37,534 bases of DNA from a virus (taxonomy: Duplodnaviria > Caudoviricetes). Positions within the stretch are counted from its first letter, which is position 1, and every line of letters starts with the position of its first letter. Below the pieces are notes generated by a model that ran no database searches, was not told where the DNA came from, and worked only from the letters and a program-made list of their open reading frames with translations. This document shows, piece after piece, positions 1 through 7,494 of the stretch. A program made the position numbers and the translations under genes. The DNA is taken from IMG/VR virus record IMGVR_UViG_3300016672_000182, positions 1-37,534 of that record. One strand, given 5' to 3'.

Positions 1-1206
1 CTAGAGGGGTACGGTTTCTGTCTGTACCAATTTTGTACCAATCAGGCTTTGCTCCAGCTTCCCGACCTCACTCCAGTCTTCACTGGAATTGATCCATCGG
101 GCATAAGTCGTCAGCAGCATTTGCACGCTGTGACCAAGCTGATTCGCAATGAACCCGAGGTTCATGCCTGCCATGAGGCACATGGTAGCGTAAGTGTGCC
201 GGCAGTTGTATTGCCGTCGGGCCCTGATCTTCAGCGCGACGAGCGCCGCCTTGAAGTGCTTGTCGGTCACGCTGGCCTGCTGAATGAACTCGAAGTTCTT
301 GGTCGGCGGGAATACGTACGGCGATTGTTTATGCTGGCGCCGGCTCTGTTTCGCCCTCAACTCGGCCACGCTCTTGGCCTCCTCAACGGCATTCAATGCC
401 CTGCTGTTCAGCATGACTCGGCGAGTCTCGCGTGTTTTCGTGCGCTCCTCGATCTTGTAGTCAGCCACGATTCTGCAAACGTTGGCGACACGCCCATCTG
501 TATCCACCTCATCCCAGCGCAACGCCGCTATTTCCCCAGGCCGCATGCCGGTGTAAAAGGCGAACTCAAAATAGGCCGCGTATACCCGCATTGAACCGGT
601 CAGCACTTCGTACAGGTGCCCGATGATCAAATCCGCCTCCGCTACCGTGAAAGGGTCAACCGGTTTCTTTGCCTTCACCGGTAGCTCAATTGAGCCGACC
701 GGGTTCCTGGTGATCAGCTCATCGTTCACTGCGCACTCGAACATCGTGTGCAGGCGCTGGATCGCCGAGCGCTTTAGCGTCGACGACTTCCACGGCGTCT
801 CTCCGGCTATTTTCCGAAGCATTGCCGATGTGATCTGGTCGATCGGAAGTAGCGCAAGGTGCGGCATCCAGTAAAGATTGAGGGAAATCCGATAGTTTTT
901 GCGGGTGCCCCCGACCACTTCCCGGCTGTCGAGCCAGGTCTGTGCATACTCGCCAAACAGTGGAGTCGCGGAGTAGGTCGAATATGTCGAATTTGGGAAA
1001 AGCTCGGCGTAACGCTTGTCGTCCATCACGCCGTGCTTGATGAGGCTGATTACTGTAGCGCGAAGATCTGCGGCCGCTTTGATGCCTTTTGGCGTTTGGG
1101 GATAGGCGAGGGTCTCGCAGCGCCTGAATTTCCAGGTGAAGCGAATGCGAACTGACTGGCCTGCAAATTCAACTCCGGCGGGCAATCCCAAAGGCTTTCT
1201 AGCCAT
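1..1206 (-). CDS. int: Phage integrase, tyrosine recombinase with N-terminal arm-binding domain
   Basis: TGMRPGE (Arg), RTKT (Lys), YNCRHT, QLGHS and TTYARW (Tyr) catalytic motifs; terminal position. Confidence 0.95.
   Translation of the reverse strand: MARKPLGLPAGVEFAGQSVRIRFTWKFRRCETLAYPQTPKGIKAAADLRATVISLIKHGVMDDKRYAELFPNSTYSTYSATPLFGEYAQTWLDSREVVGGTRKNYRISLNLYWMPHLALLPIDQITSAMLRKIAGETPWKSSTLKRSAIQRLHTMFECAVNDELITRNPVGSIELPVKAKKPVDPFTVAEADLIIGHLYEVLTGSMRVYAAYFEFAFYTGMRPGEIAALRWDEVDTDGRVANVCRIVADYKIEERTKTRETRRVMLNSRALNAVEEAKSVAELRAKQSRRQHKQSPYVFPPTKNFEFIQQASVTDKHFKAALVALKIRARRQYNCRHTYATMCLMAGMNLGFIANQLGHSVQMLLTTYARWINSSEDWSEVGKLEQSLIGTKLVQTETVPL
23..42. repeat. Direct repeat TGTACCAAT x2, putative integrase arm-type sites
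   Basis: Exact 9-mers at 23-31 and 34-42 (11-bp periodicity) in the 3' end of int. Confidence 0.5.
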
Positions 1207-1391
1207 GCCTCATATCTCCTGATGCTGTAGTAAATCTGGCCATCTATTTCGTTCCACACCCCTTTCGGGATGATGTTGCGCTGACGCTTGCCCTGAAGCG
1301 CGCGGCGCGTTGTGCCGACCATCTCCGCGAAGTTCTTCTCCGCGACCTTGTCGGACAGGTACTCAACAGGTATTTGCTCGGCTGCTGCCAT
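1050..1391 (-). CDS. Putative excisionase / recombination directionality factor
   Basis: ATG at 1391 with GGAGG RBS; wHTH-like EKNFAEMVGTTRRALQGKR..GVW..IDGQIYYS; overlaps the int start. Confidence 0.65.
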   Translation of the reverse strand: MAAAEQIPVEYLSDKVAEKNFAEMVGTTRRALQGKRQRNIIPKGVWNEIDGQIYYSIRRYEAWLESLWDCPPELNLQASQFAFASPGNSGAARPSPIPKRQKASKRPQIFALQ

Positions 1392-1393
1392 AA

Positions 1394-1528
1394 CTACCTC
1401 CCGCCGCCCGCTGTAGGCCGCGCTGTCTTGATAGTGTTCATGGCGTGGAAGGCGGCGATGAGGCCAGGTAGGCCTGTCATGGGGCCGCTTAGGTAAATCC
1501 GTTTGCTGCAAAATGGACCTGACGGCAT
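1394..1528 (-). pseudogene. Truncated DUF4406-like gene (44 aa)
   Basis: Manual translation MPSGPFCSKRIYLSGPMTGLPGLIAAFHAM... matches the KRIYLSGPMTG start of DUF4406 proteins, then stops early; GGAGG RBS intact. Confidence 0.6.
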
Positions 1529-1561
1529 GATGTTCCTCCAGTTTCAATCTAAGGAGCGGAA

Positions 1562-2248
1562 GTGAAAAAATATCTTTATGGAAAGAGGAAGTTTCTTGGC
1601 GACATAATTTCAGGAAAGTCCGGGCTGCGTTTTAGCGACATAATTCATTACTCAGTAATGGAAAATGAGTTGATGAGGGATGATGAGCGTAAAAAGGTTT
1701 TTGAAATACCGAAGGAATATTTCAGGCTTTATGTGAATGATAAGGAGATAAATCCGGCGGATATGGTGGGGGGTACTGTTCTAAGTATTCCTGTAGACAG
1801 GTGTTATTGTGTTTGTCTTAGTAGTAAGCCTAATGACCCGATGCTTTTCGAACGCTTCAATGCTGATGTCTGCTTAGAGGTTGATCTAGAGAGTCTTTTG
1901 CACTTTCTGTCTATAGCTGTTAAGAAATTTGAAGGCATGGCTGTTATTCATAGAGATGTAAATTATTATCCTGCAGTAATGGCGGATGCTTTTCCTGACT
2001 TGGATAGCATATTGTTTTATAAAAGGGATATTTACTCTATTGAGAGTGAGTACAGAATCGCGATTACTGTTCCACGCCATAGAACACACTTCAAAGGCGA
2101 GGGTAATGACAGAATAAAAATGTTTTCTGACGATGTGAAAGATATTCGGCACCTTTTCATAAGTGGAAATACGCCTGAAATTAACAAAAGCTATCTCACA
2201 GGCGTATTTTATTTTCCGGAAGATACTAAGCCGCCAGCGAGTTCATAG
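1562..2248 (+). CDS. AT-rich moron protein, possibly DUF2971-like
   Basis: 228-aa ORF, AAGGAG RBS, visibly low GC, opposite to flanking phage genes; CVCLS and FYKR..Y..ESEYRI motifs. Confidence 0.8.
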   Translation: MKKYLYGKRKFLGDIISGKSGLRFSDIIHYSVMENELMRDDERKKVFEIPKEYFRLYVNDKEINPADMVGGTVLSIPVDRCYCVCLSSKPNDPMLFERFNADVCLEVDLESLLHFLSIAVKKFEGMAVIHRDVNYYPAVMADAFPDLDSILFYKRDIYSIESEYRIAITVPRHRTHFKGEGNDRIKMFSDDVKDIRHLFISGNTPEINKSYLTGVFYFPEDTKPPASS

Positions 2249-4322
2249 ATATGATCCTCCATGGGTCATTGGCACGAGCAAGGGCAGCCATCGGCGGCGG
2301 GCTGACGCTGTTACCGCACATGTGCACCTGTTGGGTCTTGGTAAACGGTTTGCCGTCGGCGCCGTGGCTGATGATGTAGTCGGCTGGGAAGCCTTGGGCC
2401 TTGTACAGCTCCTCTGGCTTGAGCATTCGCAGGCAGATGTCGACGATCACATAGGGCGTGCCCTTCACCATCACGGTGACCATGGCCAGGCGGTCCTTGG
2501 TGGTGATTGTCGGCGCGGGCGCATCACAAGCGCTGATGTTCTCGGTGCCGTAGTAGCTGATCAGGAACGCGGCAACGCGCAGCGCGCCGGCTTCGTGTTC
2601 TGGCGACAAGGTGAGCGATACGAGCGAGCTCTTGCCACCGCCGCCTGCCGTGATAGTCGGCGCCGGATCTTCCAGGCCCTGGCCAACACTGCCGCCGAAT
2701 GCTCGCTCCATGAATGCGCTGACCAGCCCGTGGTGTTGACCGCCGGCGCTGACGGTGTGCAGCGGGTCGTTGAGGTTGCGTGCATCGCAGTTGCCACGCA
2801 GGTGCACCAGGTTCGCCACGGCCAACTGCTGCTGGCTGCCGGTGTTGGTCACCGTGGTCATCGGCTCGCGCATTTCCTTGGCATGCGTGGTGTTGAATCC
2901 GCCGTTGGCCTGAATCATCACCGCGGTGCTGATGGACTGGCCGCCGCCGCTGGCTGTTACGGTGCCGATCGGCCCGCATATATCGTTCACACCGTGGGAG
3001 CGGCGCTTGTTTGGGCCGGAGCCCTCGCCGTGGCCGGCCTGGACAATGCAGGCCGAAGCCAGTGCGTGCTTCACGCCGCCGGCGACAACCGTGCCCAAGG
3101 GTTGATCCACGCCCGGCACCCGTGGCTCTTGCCCTGGGCGTTCGCCGTAGCCCGACTGAATCAGCGTGGGACTGATCAGCGTCAACTCGCCGCGATTCGC
3201 GCAGGTCACCGTCGGCAGTGGTTCGAGCGGGTCGTTGATCCGGTCGCTGCCCTGGTGCGTTGCCGGCGCTATAACCGGGCTGACCACGGAGAAGGCGCCT
3301 CCCTTGGGGTAGGAGGTGATCGTGCGCAGCGGCTCGCCGGCGGACTGCACCGACTCGCCCGACCAGTTCGCAATTGGCACAATGAATGGCGCCGGGTTGT
3401 CGATGACGAATTTCTTCATGCCCTTGGCGACACGGCGCAGGGTGGCTTCGGCCAAGTCCTTCTTGCGGCCGAAGATGCTTTTGCCCAGGTCGGTAAAGTC
3501 GATGCAGTCAGCGGCGGTCTTCCACTTCTGCTGACCCTTGACCGGGTTCTTCGCGTGGGTTGGCTCAGGCCACACCACCGGCCGGCCATCGCAGCGGGCG
3601 ATCATGAACAGGCGCTCCCGGCTGGTAGGTGCGCCAAAGTCGCACGCCTTGATCACCTTCCACTCGACGACATAGCCCATGCCTTCCAACAGGGCCACAA
3701 AGCGGCGCCAGGTGCGACCGCGCTGTTTCGGGTCAGGCACCAAGAACTGGTTCGAGACCGGCACTTGCTCGCCCGGTGCGGCCACCCGGTTTGTGGTCTT
3801 TCCTTTCTTGGTTGGGTGCGGCACTTGGTCCAGGGTCACCACCCGCCCGGTGGCCTTGTCGCGTTTGGCGATCAATCGGCCCCATTGCAGGATCTGTTTC
3901 ACGTTCTCCAGGCTGATCACCCGGGGCCGCTTCATGCCTGCCCACTTGAGGCCGATCCACGAAAGGTTGCGGATCTCGCGCTTGCGCGGCTGGCCGCCGG
4001 CCGCCTGGGAGTGGTGCGTGCAGTCCGGCGACATGTGGAACCAGCCCACGGCCTTGCTGCCGCACTCGGTGTCTGGATCACCCTCGAACACGTCGGTGGT
4101 GAAGTGCTTGGCGCCTGGGTGGTTCATTGTGTGCATGCTGATCGCCTGAGGGCTGTGGTTCTTCGCCACGTTCACCGCGCGGCCCAGTCCAATTTCCAGG
4201 CCGGTGCCGGCGCCGCCACCACCGCAGAAGAAGTCGACAACGATCTCATCGTCCTGAGGGTTGAAGCCGAGTCCGTATTGGGTTTTGAAATCGAAGGGGT
4301 GTTTCTTCTGTTGTGCGGACAT
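2226..4322 (-). CDS. DNA (cytosine-5)-methyltransferase, orphan, long variable region
   Basis: Motif I DFFCGGGG, motif IV SPDC, motif VI ENV, motif VIII SRER, motif X GNSV. Confidence 0.93.
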   Translation of the reverse strand: MSAQQKKHPFDFKTQYGLGFNPQDDEIVVDFFCGGGGAGTGLEIGLGRAVNVAKNHSPQAISMHTMNHPGAKHFTTDVFEGDPDTECGSKAVGWFHMSPDCTHHSQAAGGQPRKREIRNLSWIGLKWAGMKRPRVISLENVKQILQWGRLIAKRDKATGRVVTLDQVPHPTKKGKTTNRVAAPGEQVPVSNQFLVPDPKQRGRTWRRFVALLEGMGYVVEWKVIKACDFGAPTSRERLFMIARCDGRPVVWPEPTHAKNPVKGQQKWKTAADCIDFTDLGKSIFGRKKDLAEATLRRVAKGMKKFVIDNPAPFIVPIANWSGESVQSAGEPLRTITSYPKGGAFSVVSPVIAPATHQGSDRINDPLEPLPTVTCANRGELTLISPTLIQSGYGERPGQEPRVPGVDQPLGTVVAGGVKHALASACIVQAGHGEGSGPNKRRSHGVNDICGPIGTVTASGGGQSISTAVMIQANGGFNTTHAKEMREPMTTVTNTGSQQQLAVANLVHLRGNCDARNLNDPLHTVSAGGQHHGLVSAFMERAFGGSVGQGLEDPAPTITAGGGGKSSLVSLTLSPEHEAGALRVAAFLISYYGTENISACDAPAPTITTKDRLAMVTVMVKGTPYVIVDICLRMLKPEELYKAQGFPADYIISHGADGKPFTKTQQVHMCGNSVSPPPMAALARANDPWRIISMNSLAA

Positions 4323-4333
4323 AGGGGATCCTC

Positions 4334-4583
4334 GCCGGCTGGCGTGATTCGTAAATTGGGTTGATGATTTGCACTCAGCAAAAACCTTACGGTGACTGCG
4401 ATGAGCACGAAAACCGATGTGGAAGCGATACGCCTGATCGGCGATGAGGTAGTGCGGCTACTCAGCCTTCCCGAAGAAAGGCTTGAGGCCGAGGCCCGCC
4501 AGGGGCTTAGGTTGATCGCTGATCTTGCGCGATGGCGCGACCTGGCAGGCCTATCGACTGCTGAGCCGGGTGGCGTGATTCGT
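4334..4583. repeat. 19-bp direct repeat GCCGG(C/G)TGGCGTGATTCGT at 4334-4352 and 4565-4583
   Basis: 18/19 identity, read directly. Confidence 0.85.
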
Positions 4584-4586
4584 TGA
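4401..4586 (+). CDS. Small hypothetical protein
   Basis: 61-aa helical ORF between the direct repeats; start uncertain (4392 or 4401). Confidence 0.5.
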   Translation: MSTKTDVEAIRLIGDEVVRLLSLPEERLEAEARQGLRLIADLARWRDLAGLSTAEPGGVIR

Positions 4587-4638
4587 AGTGGGGTATTTGT
4601 GTTCGGCCCGGCATGGGGCCGGAACAGGGAGAGGCGCT

Positions 4639-5043
4639 GTGATTACAAAAAAAATTACGAAGGAGATGGAGCAAAAACTGCTCGGGCTCATTTACAAAAA
4701 ATACACCGATCGCTTTGGCCATGGTGTGCGCAATCTTGCTGAGTTCCCTATTTTGATCACTAGCGCAGAAGTCTATTTGGCTGACATGCCAGAGCTTCAG
4801 GAAATGGATGGCAACCTCATTCGGCATCGTTTCATCGATATCATGGAAGAACTACGAGCCAGCGGTTTTGTGACCTACGATCAAAAAACATCTTTCTTTT
4901 TGACTGATGCTGGCTATGCGCGGGCGGCTCTTTCACTAAAAGATAAAGTTTTGGATTTTTTCAACAAAAATCAGGGGCTAGCTGTGCCCATCTCAATTGT
5001 CAGCTTGGTAATTTCAATAATCGCGTTATGGGCTGGGAAGTAG
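4639..5043 (+). CDS. AT-rich moron protein with C-terminal transmembrane helix
   Basis: GTG at 4639 after GGGAGAGG; hydrophobic tail LAVPISIVSLVISIIALWA; low GC. Confidence 0.75.
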   Translation: MITKKITKEMEQKLLGLIYKKYTDRFGHGVRNLAEFPILITSAEVYLADMPELQEMDGNLIRHRFIDIMEELRASGFVTYDQKTSFFLTDAGYARAALSLKDKVLDFFNKNQGLAVPISIVSLVISIIALWAGK

Positions 5044-5050
5044 GGTATGT

Positions 5051-5070
5051 CAGGCCGGTTTCCCGGCCTG
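5051..5070. terminator. Hairpin between convergent genes
   Basis: CAGGCCGG-TTTC-CCGGCCTG perfect 8-bp stem; no U tract. Confidence 0.4.
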
Positions 5071-5076
5071 GAGCAC

Positions 5077-5892
5077 TTACTTCGGATCGAAAGCGCCGAG
5101 AGACAGCGCTGCGGCGTCACCGATCTTTTGCTGCAACACCGTCTTGAACTCCTGCGCAATGTCTTCGCGCTGAACTTCTTCCCCGACCCAGCGCAGTTTG
5201 AGCGCTGGCACTGAGCCGCTGGTGATCACGGAAATCCGCAAGTTGATCTGCTGTTCGGTCAGGCCTTCGAATGGGATCGTGCTGAACAACAGCGCGGCGG
5301 GCAGTGTTTCTTTGCTGCGTGCCTCGATCTGGTCCATGGCGCTACGGCTGGCGCTGGTGTCGCCGACGGTGGTTTCTGACTCGCTGGTGGCCTTGACGGT
5401 GATGGTCCTAACGGCGGCGATGGCCCGAGCAACCGGAATTGCTTTGCCTTCGTCATCCACCGGGGTCAGATACTGGTGCCAGTCCTCGATCCAATCGCTC
5501 AGATCCTTTTGCGTCATTGCCCGGCCGCCGATGGACTGGGCCGCCTTATAGCCGGCCGATGCCTTGAGCTTGAGCACCGCGCGGTCATCTGCGTGGCCCG
5601 GATTTTCGTCGGTGCCCAAGTTGAACAGCAGCGTGCAGGTCATTTCGTCCTGGTCGATGAAGCCTTTCGCGGTTGCGATTGCGCGGTCGGCGACGTAGGC
5701 GCTGAAATCGGCCAGCGAGTGGGTGGAGTAGATCCCACGGAATCGGCTGCGACCGGCCTGCCATTTTTCCAGCGTGACGACTTGGCAGCCTTCGGGCAGC
5801 ACGATGGCCGGTGTTTGGGTAGCCAGGGTTTTGCCGCTCGCTTCGAGCGCGGTGTCGGTGATGAGCTGGATTGCTTCTTTGGTCAGAGACAT
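5077..5892 (-). CDS. DUF2303 (YfdQ-like) prophage protein
   Basis: SRFRG, FNLG...PGHAD, Q..LSDWIEDW and PFEGL motifs. Confidence 0.8.
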   Translation of the reverse strand: MSLTKEAIQLITDTALEASGKTLATQTPAIVLPEGCQVVTLEKWQAGRSRFRGIYSTHSLADFSAYVADRAIATAKGFIDQDEMTCTLLFNLGTDENPGHADDRAVLKLKASAGYKAAQSIGGRAMTQKDLSDWIEDWHQYLTPVDDEGKAIPVARAIAAVRTITVKATSESETTVGDTSASRSAMDQIEARSKETLPAALLFSTIPFEGLTEQQINLRISVITSGSVPALKLRWVGEEVQREDIAQEFKTVLQQKIGDAAALSLGAFDPK

Positions 5893-5918
5893 TGGTCAGT
5901 TCCTTGATGGTCGGGCGT

Positions 5919-6266
5919 TTAGGTGCGGGGAGTGATAGGGGCTTGTTCGCGGCTGAAGAGCTGATCGTGCTTCTCCGCGAAAAGGGTGATCTTTCCGCCG
6001 GAGCCGACATGCATCGGCGTATCCAGGCTGGTGTTCTCGCTTCGGGTGCCGCGCTTGGTCGGCACCTTGTAGTCGAGCTTGTGCTTGATCTTCACCTGGC
6101 TGGACTCACCGATCTGGCTGAAGTCCAGGGTGATCACCAGCTTGCCGGCCTTGCCGTGGTCAACCACACCGGCGGCTACTTCGGAAAGGGCGTGGCCGAT
6201 TTGGCTGGCGAATGCGCCACCGTTGAGCTCTTCGAGAAATTCTGCGGTATCGGTAGGAGTGGACAT
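5919..6266 (-). CDS. Conserved prophage protein (YfdP-like partner of DUF2303)
   Basis: FLEELNGGAF...KVPTKRG.RSE....TPMHV..GG motif; position upstream of DUF2303. Confidence 0.75.
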   Translation of the reverse strand: MSTPTDTAEFLEELNGGAFASQIGHALSEVAAGVVDHGKAGKLVITLDFSQIGESSQVKIKHKLDYKVPTKRGTRSENTSLDTPMHVGSGGKITLFAEKHDQLFSREQAPITPRT

Positions 6267-6361
6267 GGCTGTTTCTCTGGAATGGCCATCAGGCCGCTTG
6301 GGGGAAGGTTGAATTGCGCCTGGCGAAGGCGCTGGCGCACCTGGGTGTTGATTCGTTTCAT
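6176..6361 (-). CDS. Small basic hypothetical protein
   Basis: ATGA overlap with the upstream stop; Arg-rich N-terminus; overlaps the next gene by about 90 bp. Confidence 0.4.
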   Translation of the reverse strand: MKRINTQVRQRLRQAQFNLPPSGLMAIPEKQPCPLLPIPQNFSKSSTVAHSPAKSATPFPK

Positions 6362-6672
6362 GGGTTTTCGGTGAACTTGAAGCCGTTCTCCCGAGCGATG
6401 AGCTTGGCCCGCTTGTGGTCGATGCCCATTGCTGCGGCGGCTTTGTTGATCGAGGTGCCGGCTTCGGCCAATACCTTCAGGCCTGGCGCCAGGCGATCCC
6501 GCTCGGCGCGCAGCTTGCTGCTATGCCCGCCGCCGTAGGTGCCATCCTTTACGCCACTGACGCCCTGGGCGACTTCTTGCACGGTGCGCCCGGCGCCAAA
6601 GAATGCCTCTAGATGTTGATTCAGCTCATTGATGATCGAGTCCCGCGGGTTTGGCATTGGCGCGCCGATCAC
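6358..6672 (-). CDS. Hypothetical protein with C-terminal HTH-like segment
   Basis: GTGA coupling to the upstream gene; SINKAAAAMGIDHKRAKLIA. Confidence 0.7.
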   Translation of the reverse strand: MIGAPMPNPRDSIINELNQHLEAFFGAGRTVQEVAQGVSGVKDGTYGGGHSSKLRAERDRLAPGLKVLAEAGTSINKAAAAMGIDHKRAKLIARENGFKFTENP

Positions 6673-6941
6673 TGGACACCTCCGGAAAGGCGATTGGCCT
6701 TTGCTTCGAACTGCATTGCGAGGTCATGAGCGGCCTTATAGTCCTGGCGGAAGGCGCGAATTTTGCCGGTGGTGAGGTCGACGATCTGGAACATACCGAC
6801 GCTTTCGCCTGTTACCTGGTAGCGCACCGGTTTTTTCGGTATTGGCCGATCAGTGCGACCGAAGAACGCGGCGTGCGCGGCGTTGGTTTGTTGCAGCAGC
6901 ACACCGAGTTCGTCGATGCGCTCTTGAAATGATGGATGCAT
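6669..6941 (-). CDS. Hypothetical phage protein (90 aa, MHPSFQERIDELG...)
   Basis: ATG at 6941 with GAGGA RBS; the upstream extension in the ORF track runs through structured non-coding DNA. Confidence 0.7.
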   Translation of the reverse strand: MHPSFQERIDELGVLLQQTNAAHAAFFGRTDRPIPKKPVRYQVTGESVGMFQIVDLTTGKIRAFRQDYKAAHDLAMQFEAKANRLSGGVQ

Positions 6942-6965
6942 GGTTGATCCTCGGTGTGGGTTGCG

Positions 6966-7033
6966 TTTATTCGTCAGCAGCCTGACCGCCTGGTGTGTGC
7001 CGGTGGGCCCAGGGGAGGGTGCTGACGAATAAA
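6966..7033. repeat. 14-bp perfect inverted repeat closing a 40-nt insert
   Basis: TTTATTCGTCAGCA (6966-6979) / TGCTGACGAATAAA (7020-7033). Confidence 0.9.
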
Positions 7034-7043
7034 GACGAGGCGT

Positions 7044-7070
7044 AAAAAAGCCCGATCGGAACCGGGCTTT
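7044..7070 (-). terminator. Intrinsic terminator in the pL transcript
   Basis: Minus strand AAAGCCCGGTTCCGATCGGGC followed by T6. Confidence 0.8.
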
Positions 7071-7213
7071 CGTTCTGTCACAAACGCCTCCGTACGTGAC
7101 AAGCCAGCGGTGCCGTCTGGGCTGCGCTGGTATCTGTGCGTTTACATGGCTGCCAATCCTCCGTTCTTGGTGGGTTGAAATGCAGGTGGCCGGCGCGCGC
7201 CGGGTGTTCGTCC

Positions 7214-7337
7214 GCATCGGATATAGCTCGAATCCCTCCGAGTGTTGTCCGTCTTCACAAGGCGCTATTGATCGCACCAGCTCGGGACAAGGTGGCCACC
7301 CTGCTATCACGACAGAGGGCCGAGCTATATCCGATGC
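7214..7337. repeat. 17-bp perfect inverted repeat closing a nested 90-nt structure
   Basis: GCATCGGATATAGCTCG (7214-7230) / CGAGCTATATCCGATGC (7321-7337); inner CCCTC/GAGGG and TTGTCC/GGACAA pairs. Confidence 0.9.
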
Positions 7338-7454
7338 AGCCTGGTGCTGGGGAGTACCAGGTGCTCGGGCCCGGGCTCGCACCGGACTTCCACGTCACCA
7401 TTACTTTTATATGGGGTTCATACGTGTAGTTCGCCCATTCCCGTAGGCCTTCGC

Positions 7455-7494
7455 CATCCCGCTGCCCACTCAGTGAATGGGCAGAAGTGATGCT
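7455..7494 (-). repeat. Structured repeat, copy 1 (CATCCCGCTGC-hairpin-GCAGAAGTGATGCT)
   Basis: 11+14 bp identical to the copy at 7952-7992. Confidence 0.9.

Noticed and set aside
2163-4364. 733-aa plus-strand ORF
   Set aside because: Antisense shadow of the GC-rich methyltransferase; no motifs or RBS.
7168-7181. GTGGGTTGAAAT resembling the 3' end of a type I-C CRISPR repeat
   Set aside because: Short imperfect match without the repeat hairpin.
6942-7382. N-terminal extension of the 6669..7382 ORF and overlapping plus-strand ORFs
   Set aside because: Crosses a terminator and long stems; an RBS-supported ATG exists at 6941.
7367-7395. GGAAGTCCGGTGCGAGCCCGG resembling a cobalamin riboswitch core
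   Set aside because: Downstream CCCGC-ACTGT and B12-box elements are absent.
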